Positions 23,602 through 35,686 of a DNA stretch of 64,000 nucleotides are shown in pieces; position 1 is the first letter of the stretch, and each line of letters opens with the position of its first letter. The DNA is from Cirrosporium novae-zelandiae. Its lineage: Eukaryota. Both the position numbers and the translations under genes were made by a program. The notes under the pieces are model-generated. The model searched no databases and was not told the DNA's origin. It saw only the letters and a list, made by a program, of their open reading frames with translations. The stretch spans positions 62,001 through 126,000 of the forward strand of contig JAPETS010000006.1 in assembly GCA_026023565.1 (NCBI GenBank), given 5' to 3'.

Positions 23602-24409
23602 ATGTCTTCCTCCCTCGCCAACAAAGTCGCCCTTGTAACCGGTGGAACAAAAGGCATTGGCCGCGCCATTGTCCTCCGCCTTGCCAAATCCGGCTCCCTC
23701 ATCTCCTTCGTCTACTCCCGTGATACCTCAGCCGCCGAATCTCTTGTGAATGAAATTGGTAAAGATCGCTGCCTCGCAATCCAGGCAGACGCTGCCAGCA
23801 TTTCCGGCATTGAGAAAATCGTGAAAGAGACGGTGAACAAATTTGGGAAGATTGATGCGCTTATACCATGCGCAGGGATTATGGCGATGAAGGATTTGGA
23901 AAGCACGACCGAGGCGGATTGGGATCAGACCATGAATTTGAATGTTAAGGGGCCATATTTTTTGGCGCAGGTGAGTTGGTTTTATTAAATTGTTAATTTG
24001 CTTACATGTTCACTGTTAACGTACTTTTTAGAAAGCCGCACCTCACATGTCCGATGGCTCGCACATAGTTTTCTTTTCCACAACTCTCTGTGTTATCAAT
24101 AACCCTCTCCCCCCAAACTACCTCCTCTATGTAACCTCCAAGGGCGCCGTTGAGCAAATGACCCGTGTCATGTCCAAAGATCTTGCTCGACGTGGAATCT
24201 GTGTCAATTCCATCGCACCAGGCCCAACAGGCACAGATCTATTCTTTGAAGGAAAGAGCGAACAGGTGTTGAAGATGATTGCAAGCATAAATCCACGTAA
24301 CCGGATTGGAACACCAGAGGAGCAGGCGGATGTTGTGGCTTTCTTAGCGAGTGATGAGAGTCGGTGGGTGACTGGACAGACTTTGAGGGTGAATGGAGGT
24401 CAGGCTTGA
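23602..24409 (+). CDS. Short-chain dehydrogenase/reductase (classical SDR)
   Basis: TGGTKGIG Rossmann motif, YVTSK catalytic YxxxK, VNSIAPGP, WVTGQTLRVNGG; one intron 23971-24031. Confidence 0.95.
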
Positions 24410-24732
24410 GAGAAGGGATGCCCTGTTACACGGATGAGGGGGTGTTAGATACTTGGGATGTTGGATGACATGTGAACTATACAAACGATGCAAACCAAAA
24501 GTTAGTGAAAAGCCTATTCAACATATGACGCAAGTCCCTCAAGCCCAGTCCTACTTGGTATTAATTAATGTACGTCATCCACCAACGTAGCAAGTAAACA
24601 GGCCTTTCCTTAAATATCAGGTCTGGTTCAACATCTTTCCTTTTATTCTTGAATTAAACATTCACAATATCCGCACAAAGTATTACCAAAATCATCGTAT
24701 ACATTACCAAACAAAAAGGAAAGATCATCATC

Positions 24733-25101
24733 ATGCCTCTTGTCATTCCAGGAATCATGTCTAAGAAAGGAGGAGACTCTCAAAACGAATGGGCAGACAA
24801 GCTCATGGGAAAGAAACTGTCAGATGGGCCAAGCGACGAGATTGTATGTTGACATAATTCCCAATTTCCAATCCCTTCTTAAAGGATAGAGGCTTACACA
24901 TAGTAGAGCTTTGCGAAGCATGACCTTCCTAAAGAACATCGTGTCATCCCTGCAGGAGAGACAATGATGACCATGGATCACAACCCCAACCGGTATGTAC
25001 AATGGTATTATTGGAAGGAATAAAGTTGAAACTGATGATAATGAAGCATGAACATTCATCTCGCTGAAGATGGAACCGTTAGGCATGTTGACTTCAAGTG
25101 A
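24733..25101 (+). CDS. Small protein, peptidase inhibitor I78-like family
   Basis: Absent from the ORF track. Three exons give MPLVIPGIMSKKGGDSQNEWADKLMGKKLSDGPSDEI/SFAKHDLPKEHRVIPAGETMMTMDHNPNR(S)/MNIHLAEDGTVRHVDFK*. The RVI..TMD..P.R.N signature fits the family; the residue at the last junction depends on the exact splice site. Confidence 0.8.
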
Positions 25102-26089
25102 TTGTCATTGGTATCTTCAAGGGGTCATACATTTTTTGAAAAACTTGCTCCCATGGGTCGATGAATATGACGATTAATGAGACTCAAGGCGTGATGACCT
25201 AGAATATCGTTACCTAGATGAGACATGACTATACCTGTACTTTAATTTAATATCCTAGTTCCTTAATGTTTTTTCTATTCACTTTCCAACCTCGAATTTA
25301 GCAAGTATCTTGGCTTCAGAACAAGACCTCGAATTTAATGATCATGCTGTACGTTGCTTTCCTATATAGAATGCTTGTTTTTAGTCGTTCAGAAGCATAT
25401 AACTACCATTTTAGAATGTTATGATCAATGACATATCTAGATAAACGGTTCATATCTACTTTCGGGGGTAAGGTTCCAGAAGTCCAGTTAAAGCCTTGAT
25501 GAACAAGATGATTGGATATATCGATTCGTGTATGTACGGTACTATGGAACTTGTCGAAAGTAAAGAGGAGATTGTACTCGACACGTGACAAACCGTTACA
25601 TCATATCAATATCAGGTAATTAATCGGAAGCAGAGTGCTGTGATAGAATCAATAATGTAAATAACATAGTCAGTCTAGTTCATTATCACAAGTAGATATT
25701 GAAATATTTCGAGAGGACTAGATAGATATGAGTTGCTCGAGGGATCTAGTGTAATTTCTTTCCATTTACAGGTTTGTAATACTATCGCATTCCATTGCCA
25801 ATGGATGATTAATAGCTTTATACTTGTAGATGCTGATAGATATCCAAGTCGTGGTTGAGTGCTATTCTGAACTCTAAAAAAAATATGGTGGTAGACACGC
25901 ACGGTGAATGTTGGAGGATAATATCGCTACTACTCGCTTGTGGCCTTGGAAGCTTCCTGAATCTGGAGCCTAACCACTTTAAATTGAATTATTTCTAGTA
26001 TGGATTGAAGTATCGAACATTCAACAACAATCTGTACATGAGAATATTCCTCTAAGAATTCAAGTAAATCAAAATCAACGGTCAAAACG

Positions 26090-27322
26090 ATGGTATTTTC
26101 CCAGCTACCCTATTTCTTGGACTATTAATACCCCGCTAACCCACTTCTACCTTGTAGGCCCCCGACGCCTCGCACAAGCGCCTTGCCTTAGCAGTCCATG
26201 ATTTCCTATCCAAGTCCCTTACTGATGGCACACTCTCTCCCGATGATGCAGAATCGATCGAGATTGCCCAGTCGTGTATTGCAGATGTCTTTCACATAGA
26301 CCCCAACGACAAGGCTGCCATTCAAGATGCCCTTGGCGGCCAGTCTCTTATGTCAATCTACAATGTGTATGAGAAACTGAAGGGAAAGAGCACCGCAAGC
26401 ACTAAGGGATCAAGCTCAGCTGAAGAAGGGAGACCGAGCACCCCTGCAGTACCTACCCAGAAAGAAAATGGGAAGGCTAGTCCTGAAGATCTGGCCAAGG
26501 CAGATGGGTTGAAGGGACAAGGAAATGCGGCTATGCAGAAGAAGGACTATACTACTGCGATCGATTTCTATACGCAAGCCCTTGCCATCTCTCCCTCCAA
26601 CCCTATCTACCTCTCCAACCGTGCTGCTGCATACAGTGCCTCCCATAACCATTCCGCTGCTGCTGAAGACGCGGAGATGGCAGTTTCTGCAGACCCTAAG
26701 TATACTAAGGCGTGGAGTCGCCTAGGCCTGGCGAGATTTGCCCTAGGTGATGCAAAAGGTGCAATGGACGCCTATAAGCAAGGGATTGATTCAGAAGGAA
26801 ATGGTGGAAGTGAAGCTATGAAACGTGGCTACGAGACCGCTAAGAAGAGGTTTGAAGAAGAGCAAACATCAACGTCAAGGGGTGCCGATAACGAGAATGA
26901 TGAAGTAGCCCCCACTCCTCCATTAGGTGCGGGAATGCCTGATCTTAGTTCTCTAGCGGGGATGTTTGGTGGCGGTGGTGGAGGGGGTGGAATGCCCGAT
27001 CTTAGCTCAATAATGAATAATCCGATGTTCAGCTCCATGGCACAAAATCTGATGCAAAATCCTGAGATGATGAGCAATTTGATGAATAATCCAAGACTGA
27101 GGGATATGGCCAATCAATTTGGGCAAGGCGGTGGCGCTGGGCAGGGAGGAGGAATGCCTGATATGAGCAGCTTGATGAATGACCCTAACATAGCTGAAAT
27201 GTGAGTATTCTGTTTTTAGAGCAACGGATTGCTGAGTGAATGCTAATGACTAAAACTCTAGGGCGAGGAACCTAATGGGTGGCCAAGGAGGTAGAGGAGC
27301 AGGAAGAGGGGGGTCCTCATAA
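26090..27322 (+). CDS. SGT2: Small glutamine-rich TPR co-chaperone Sgt2 (GET pathway)
   Basis: ATG-only first coding exon (26090-26092), then dimerisation domain KRLALAVHDFL..ESIEIAQSCI, three TPRs (LKGQGNAAM, YLSNRAAAY, KAWSRLG) and an M/N/P-rich STI1-like tail. Confidence 0.95.
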
Positions 27323-29760
27323 AGATACACCAAATTATGACTATAAATCATAGATACCGGTAATAGCTCCTATGAGCTACGTGCAGCAATTCGATGTTGA
27401 TTTTGCTCTTTTGTTACAGAAGGCATCTTCCTGTTTCTCATAGCTGTTTATTATTCTATTAAGTTTATATAGGCCATTGTCAGGTTTATTCGTAAGTGAT
27501 GTGGATGACATCAAACCACATGAATGCTTGCTATTTGGTTCCAATTGCCTGATTACTACCTGCGCCATTACCTCCTACTTCATATATCCTACTTAAAGTT
27601 AAGGGACCTTAGGACAGGTTCCTTGATCTATATTTTCTAACCAAACCACCGATTATTGACATATAACTAATTCTAGTAACGATACACTATGCTACCTACA
27701 ATTTTCGTTCCCGAATGATTTATTTTTTTACCCGTAGGTATACCTTTCTTCAATAGTCCTGCAACTATTGCTTCAGATTGAAGATAGAACAGCGTGTACC
27801 TTCTCGTTATCTCATACAAAATGGTCATCGTTCTTCAATCATCATTCCATCTCCATATATAACGCATTCCCGGATCAAACTTAGCTCAACGACTTCTTTT
27901 AGATTTGGTGAGATGAAATAGGGGGCTACCCTCACACACACATCCAGTATCACTGTGCTTTGAGTTAGGATTTCCGAGCTTCGGAACCAATCGCCTTCAT
28001 TACACCAGACGAAATTTTTCTGAGCGTCCTTCATCCTGCTTCTTACTACATACCTAAGGTACCTTTAACGACTAGGATTTGATCGAAGATATGGGGAGCT
28101 ATGGCGATGGAGAGTAGAAGATTGTCAGAAATTGAACTGAGATGTGAATGCCTTTTTCTTTCGATCACGGTGCTTCAAAGTGATTGACCACAACGTGAAA
28201 CATATACTTAAATTTCAAGCAAGCATTTAAAGGGTTAAAAATAGTCGTGATGCTTTATATTAGACAGTTGCATTGACTACAATTAGATGAATGGAATGAA
28301 GTTGTTTATTCTTCTTGCTACCACTATTGTCGGAGGTTGGGTCAGAAATACTCGAGGTCCAAAAAAAGGTTGCGCTCTCATGCACAGATCGCAGAGTGGT
28401 GGTCCGATAGTTCACAACGTTCTTTGTTGATCATTCAAGACTCGCATGAACTTTCACAACATCATTACCTAAAAAAGCCCAACTCCTTTCCATGCATGCA
28501 AAAATCAAATGACTTATCTACTGTTGCCCAATCAATTATGGACACCTTTACTGTGTGTGAAGGTGTCGTCGACTCGGGGGTATGGATATCTACTTTAAAA
28601 CTAAACTTTAAGTAAGGCAATTATTTACCAACCCCCTACTCCACTCATGGAAATTTTCTAGACAAAATCAAATTAGCTTAGAAGAGAGATGCGCTATTGT
28701 TAAGAGAGAGAGCGGTCGAGAAGAACATGGGATTCTCTCGATTTTTTTACGATTGATAATTTGGTACACCTCGGTTAGATATTCCGTTTTATTATACCTG
28801 TACTGAAGAAGGATACTGTACACTCCATCATCATATAAAACTCAGATTGTGAGGCCGAAAGAAGAGGAAAAGAAAAAGAAAAAGAAAAAAAAGTTTCCCA
28901 GCTCAAATCATCGATGTGCCTGAGGACTCTAGTTGCTCCAGCAATATATGGCCGAGCCTATTACAACCACGCTGTCTGACTGACGTAGGCGCACCAACCA
29001 ACCACATCGGCAATGACCATGACAATGATTCCGCTTTCCTCAAACCCTTTTATTCACGGTTGCAGTGAGCTTATCGGTATCAAATGGTACTGTACAATGA
29101 TGATATACACACTATGAAAAAAAAAAACGCCGTATGATACTCAATGTCATTCTCAAACCTCTCAGACTCTAATCTCCGGCTCCAAAAAAACAAATGTGAA
29201 CTCTAATCACTACTGGCGCAATGCATATGTTTAGTTTTCTGCGGGTAAACTTTGTCTTGGGTGAGGATGCACAGGATTATTTAACGAGCAGGATCTGTTG
29301 ATAATAAAGGAATTTGTTATTGCATAGGGGAATGCCGTTGTCGCTCGGACCGCTGAAAGGGTTCACCTTCTAGATGTCCATCAGCGCCCAAGCCGATATA
29401 CCCTTCCCGAGCTCTTAGGGAGGTGTCCTGTGCATAAGTGAGATCAAGCTTCGTGAAGTATTGAGGCACCAATGGTGATACAGTAGGCTGACCTATTCTA
29501 TTAAAGAATGGCTAAGCGAAATTGACGTGGTTATTTTATATTTATACATATATGTTGAAAGTATATGTAGGTATACTACAGTACCACAGTTCACATTTCA
29601 TTTGCTGAGGTCTAGCTCCTTCGAATGTCGCTCTCCATACTCATCAATCATGAATTCAACTCCTCGGAATATGTATGTAAGATCTATCCAATATTTCAAC
29701 CCACTTACCTTGATGATAATTCATTGTTTTATATCCACATCCCACTTACCTTAAAGAACG

Positions 29761-31686
29761 TCAATCAGATATCATAACACCATCCGACGCTTTATTACCG
29801 GCAGACGTTTTCTCGACCGAACATTTCTCCACATCAACATTCTCCTCCCCTTCCAACACCTCCACGGTCTCCGCTTCCTCCTCCGGTCTTATATAATTCT
29901 TCGGCTCATGCCACTCCTTTAGAGGGAACATGATCTTCGGTGGAAAAATCCTACACGAAATATAATAAATTACGCCGGAAAGGAATAGGCCGACCCAATA
30001 TGCCATGTAGTAAAAGTGCGTCACCCCAATGGGGGCACTAACGCCCATGTTGTTCAAGAAGCCGTAGAAATTCGGGATGATGCCGATGATGTACGCGGTG
30101 TATGCACGGATGTTCCATCCGTGTGTGTAGTAGTATGCACCATCGCGAGAAGAGGTGAAGAGTTCGGGTACATTGAAGTAGCCGCGGCAAATGATATAAT
30201 AGTGGCACAATAGAACCCCGGTGATGGCAGATAGGAAGATCTGATAGGAAGACATGAACGAGACAAAGATAGAGGCGGAGCCGAGCAGATACCACGGGTT
30301 GATGGCAAAGGAGATGATGGCGCACAGGAAAAAGCCCTTTCTGATGGTGAAAAATTTGGGGAATAATGCGGCAATGTCATTTCCAGCAGGTAAGCTGTTC
30401 TCGAACACCGAGCTGAATATAGCGCAGTAGGTGAACATGGCTGCGATGAAGAAGCAACCTGCGCGGTTGGCGGATGTGTATTCTTGGGTTTGGATCATGT
30501 CCAGGAGCGTCACCGGGTTCCACACAAGCTGTCATTTGTATCAGTATAAAATTCGGCTGGTTTATTTGAGAAATCCAAGACCACTATCACGCTGTTATCT
30601 TACCTCGCCGAATATAAGGGTACTGGAAGACCCAACAAAATTTCCCACCAACGCGACAATGAAATTGGCTAACGGAAACCCCAAGAGATTCCCAAGAATC
30701 ACATCATTGGGCTTTTTGGCATACCTCTGGAAATCGGCCGCATTACTAGCGAAGGTGGCGCAATTTGCAGCTCCCAACATAAAAAATCTCAGAACAAGCC
30801 ACTTCTTTTCACTGCCATGAGCGGTTGATCCTTGTCTCGCCACTAGTCCAATGCCTCCTGCTTTCGTTAATGTCCATGCAAGCATGGCTATTGCGGATAT
30901 AACGAAAACTACCAGTTTGATGTATACAAGAGATCGCATTTTAGGGACTGGTATGACGAGAAAGCAACATGTAACGAGCCAAAAGATTACGAACCCAATC
31001 ATTCCACCGGAATCTAGGGCTGAGCCTTCACCCATTTTGTTTGGGATATTTGCGATACTAGGGAATATTGCGTGTAGCATGACGCTAAAACGAGTAAGAG
31101 TACGATCAAAAGGCAAAACGGAATACAAGGGATATTACTATACGCATTGACCTGGACCAGGTCAGTTAGAAAGTGGTTGAGCATTAGAAGGTCGGGGAGG
31201 TGATCACGAACCTCCTTGAACTGCATTTACGCCATTCCAGACAATTGCCATAACAGCACGATTAAACGTCGGCCACCATGCTCCAAAGATACCAAAGGCA
31301 GCCCGATTAAGGATCGGGAATCCCACGTGATAAAGGGCACCAGGACGGCCATTTGCAGTGATGACAATAGCAATGAGAATCTGACCACCAAAACTGCAGA
31401 GTAGAGATTCCCATAAACTCAAACCAAGGGCTTGTGCCGTACTTGCACCGTACCAATTACTGACTTCAAACAATTATAAGTTTGGTTCAGCCTCATGAAG
31501 GCCGTCGGGGATTGATTGTCTCGTACCTGTAGCGGTGGCTGAGAACCAGAATGTAAAGTAAGTCAACCTAGTCCACGTCCTGTCTTTGAGAGCAAGGGGT
31601 CGAAGATCATCGTTATCAAGCCATACGTCTTTACCAGCAGTAGTTTCGGCGCCTTTGGCCGTGGTATGCCACTTGAGGAGACTCAT
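29761..31686 (-). CDS. NCS1 family nucleobase:cation symporter (Fur4/Dal4-like uracil/allantoin permease family)
   Basis: Motifs NDDLRP..RTW..YFTFW, YHVGFPILNRAAFGIFG, AIVWNGV, DFQRYAK, WNPVTLL, ENSLPAGND, INPW, YYYTHGWNIRA; four introns; 13-nt microexon at 31139-31151. Confidence 0.93.
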
Positions 31687-32720
31687 TTTCAAGGAAGTGT
31701 CCAAAAGATCCTTAAGTCAACAAAAGGATAGCCTAACGAAGCTCTTCGCAAGTGACGCAGGGTTCTATGTTCATATATCTTGGGGTTTAGATCTGAATAA
31801 AGATGTTATATGTTAGTCGCTATGATATCAAGCGCATCACCGTTTCGAATGATGTAAGCTTGCGATAGGCTGTCTCTTGGTATCATGCAGTTAGAAAATC
31901 TGCCTGCTAATGTATTCTAAGATAAGATCTGATATCAAGAGTACCTAGGTATTTGCTTTAGTAGATATGCACGTTGACAGGGATAGAGATATGGAAGACA
32001 ACGAAAGTATAGTATAAGCTAATGCCTCATGAAGTTAATAGTAGAGAACACATTAAATAACATTTATAGCAACGGAGATTATTTTTGTAGAGTGATCAGG
32101 AACTATAAACTGCAACAGTGACTGAAAGATGATTGAAGGAAGGATGAAGACAAACTAGGATTCCAGCGATACATTCATTATAAGTTCCGCAAGCATTACA
32201 GGTATAAAGGTCAATTCCGGTCGAATGCTGGTATTGAGCAAAGCCCCATCTTACACGAAGGTCTTCCCGCCGCGGATTGATAAGTTCTTTCACTTTTGAT
32301 ACTTGTTAATGGCCTGGATGGTTTGAGTGGATACGGAAGAGCCGACCTTATCGGCTGAATATCGGCTAATTGGGTTAGCGATGTCCCCTCTCCGAAGAGC
32401 AGTATACTCTGCATACATATATCCATACTATTACTCAGCGGCCAAGGCTCACTCTTCAACAGGCATCAGCAGAGATGTATCGGAGAGTGTCATGGGTGAA
32501 GTACAGATATGATGATTACGCAAAGTAACTGGGACCCCACTCCTGGATCTCATCCATTTGTTATCTTGCCCGGAGATCTTACTTGAAGGCTATCAACGCT
32601 ACTTAGAAGGATGGATATTCGATAGAGAAGGCTGGTAAGTCACCGACTATGACTACTTCAAGGTAACTCGATTCTTCGCTGACACATGTATTCCGTTAGA
32701 ACCAGTATACACTAGCCAAA

Positions 32721-33938
32721 ATGTCTACAACGGTCGTTGAGACGACTACTCCTTCCTCCTACCAGCTTGAACTTCTCACTGCCCATGGTCCAGTTTATCG
32801 AACAGTATCAAAGGCCATACCACGAGAATGTCTCCCAGATGAAATACCCGTGATTGATCTTTCACCAATATATAGTGATTTTGCAGCACGTCGGAAGCTT
32901 GCTACACAGATTAAGAATGCGGCACAGAATACGGGCTTCTTTTATATTAAAAGCCATGGTATTGATGAACAGATAATCGAGAAGGCGTTAGCACAGGCCA
33001 AATGCTTCTTCCACCAACCAGATGAAATGAAGGAACGAGTAACAAAATCCAAGTCTAAGTATTATAATGGCTGGTCTCCCCGTAGATCAGGCCATGTGAG
33101 CGTGTCTGAGTCCGCAGGTTCGTCGTTCTTCTGCTGCTGATAAAAAATACATATTTCTAAAGCAGCAACTATCTGTATTAGATTATCGAGAGGGTTTCAG
33201 TTTCCGATATGCTCCACAATATGACCCGGAGACTAAAGATCTCAATGCCATTCCAATCGAGGTGCAACCTTACATTCGTGGCGAAGAATTTGTCTGGGAA
33301 GGAACATCCTACTTACCTAACTTCAAGAATGACCTTATTGCTTACTGGCAATCATGCCTTAAACTCGCACGACGACTTATTCAGATTTTTGCCCTATGTC
33401 TTGATTTACCGGAGAATTACTTGGATAGCGTTACTACCTACCCAGGAAGTGATGGCGTTTTTAACTATTATCCAGCCATGACTCCCGAGGAGTTAAATAC
33501 TAGTAACGATGTAGGCTTAGGGAGTCATACAGATTTGCAGTGCTTCACGCTTCTCTGGCAAGATATGCTCGGAGGCTTGCAAGTTTTGAATAAACAAGGG
33601 GAATGGATCAAGGCTTCTCCAATCGAAGGCACTTTTGTTGTCAACATCGGAGACTATCTACAGCGTCTGTCAAATGATAGATTCGTGTCCACGGTTCACC
33701 GTGTGTACAATCATTCAACAATTGACAGATATTCCATGCCATTCTTCTTTGGCTTCAATTTCAACGAGACATGTGGTGTTCTTCCCACCTGTGTGGATGA
33801 GAATAACCCTCCTAAATATGAGCCAATATCATGCGGCGAGGTATACACTGATCCACGACTCTCATCTATTGCGTACTAACTCATGTTTAGTGGACCCAGC
33901 TACGATTCAAACTTACAGATGAGATGGCAAAAAAATAA
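32721..33938 (+). CDS. 2-oxoglutarate/Fe(II) dioxygenase (DIOX_N + 2OG-FeII_Oxy, IPNS-like family)
   Basis: IPVIDL, GFFYIKSHGI, HTD..H facial triad (LGSHTDLQ; STVHRV), NIGD, RYS co-substrate motif; two introns; TAA at 33936-33938. Confidence 0.94.
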
Positions 33939-35419
33939 AAAAACGACTCTAGCCGGACAATCGGGGTATTAAGATCTGTAGATATTATCTTAGTAGGGAA
34001 TAAATTTAGAGTAAAATAAAAAGAAATGTTAGGTGAAAACCATTGTTTAGAGTATTTCGGAAGGATTTAGACGACTACTCTCTGTACAGTACAGTGCAAT
34101 ATAGATAATACATAATTATGGAAGTGAATGTTCCCGGTTCCGAATTCCTATAGAATCAGGAGTCTGAACATAAGGTTAAAAGGGTTGTCGGATCTACTAA
34201 TACCTCATAGTTCCCAAATGTCCCCAAGCGTTTCCCCATAATTATTCTCCGCAAAATGTTTTATAGACTAACACTCTTGGTTATCCTTAACTTTTGTTTC
34301 AACCTCTGCCATTTGTTTCTCGTGTCTTCAACATGGCAGAATGAGGCAAACTTCTTATCATGCTTGTGATAGCCCTCTCAATGGGATTCTCAGATGATAA
34401 CTCTTGAGATCACTCGACTTTTAGGTTCTTTCCGACGGCAACCAACGAAGGTTCTGAAGTTCTGATATAACTAATTCGTTTTGGAAAGGCCTTAAATAAT
34501 AGTACATTATAACTCGACTCGTGGACTGTTCCAAGAGTTGCTATCTGAGTCATTTGTTTACCCGAATGACTTTGCCGGCGAAGGCCACGAATGTACCAAG
34601 CCCTCGGCCTCCCAAAATTTTTGACGATACCTCTTGGACTGGCTGGCCCCTTGGCCTTCCCACATTACTTCTAATTCAATCACCGCGGCAGGTTTTGGAC
34701 CCGCCTTCTTAATTATCTCACGTGGAAAATATTTCAGAAAACATTTCAGAAAACATGGCTTGAACCAACCCCCTTCCGACTTTAAACGGATGATAGCTGG
34801 ATTCCCCCAATCACAAAAGGTTAATTTGCGTCGGCCAGACGCATTCATATGGTACGGGCTACTTTAATATTGATCCTGTAGACACAAAGAAAGAGCGGAA
34901 ATGACCTGGTAGGTATGGAGGATGGCAGATTACAGGAATTCGAGAGAGAATGTTAAGTAGCCTTTTTTTTTGCAAGCCACAAATGGCAAAAATCATACGT
35001 TGAGCGGTTAAATCTTGACAGAAATTGATAGACGTGGCAAGGTTACAACCTTGCAATGTTACCAGAGATCAAAAGCTGATGAGAAACCTGACCATAAACC
35101 TAACAATTCAGGGGTCTATAATGGTCCATGGTGGTTCATAATGAGCCATCGTTTATCAACCATCGCGTATTATTCGGCCAATCCGGTCGCACTTGCTCTT
35201 CATGGGTCTACATCCGATGCCAGGAAGACCCACGCAACAAAATTAACGTGCAGTAATTTGGTCAATTCCTCTCAGCCTAACCTTGGTATTTCATCCTACA
35301 TGAGCCTTGTTAGTCTTCGGTTTCTGTCAATGCTATACGGGTCCATACCAACTTCATACTAACCCCCCCCCCCATAGTCTCTCCACTATATTGACTATCT
35401 ACACCATGGGGACCAAACC

Positions 35420-35595
35420 AGACATTTGCGGGGTGGTTGGAAACCTGGAGCCGGACTGGTCTGGTTAACCACTTCCCCAGCTTTCGCGGTTCGTCCTCTG
35501 ACCTGACAAACTCGGAGAAAACCGACCAGGTTTAACCGGCTGGGTGAATTTCTGCTGTGTTACCTTTGTGTACAGTACATCGGCCTTATAAGGAG
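35420..35595 (+). promoter_or_regulatory. Proximal promoter of the sugar porter with CreA/Mig1-type and Zn2Cys6-type sites
   Basis: TTTGCGGGG near 35425, CTGGAG at 35445, CCCCAG at 35475, TCGG-N6-CCGA at 35512-35525, TATA-like TTATAA near 35586. Confidence 0.4.
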
Positions 35596-35686
35596 CAGGC
35601 CCGCCCTCCTGAGCAAACATTCTACACCTTCAATTGATGTCCATTATTCTACCTACTTCTACATAATCGCCTATCATTAGGATAAC

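Noticed and set aside
27700..28700. Coding-like interrupted frames downstream of SGT2
   Set aside because: No family recognisable by eye; cannot distinguish from intergenic noise without a search.
34521..34867. Overlapping short ORFs with a 12-bp tandem duplication (ATTTCAGAAAAC)
   Set aside because: No domain signature; simple slippage duplication.
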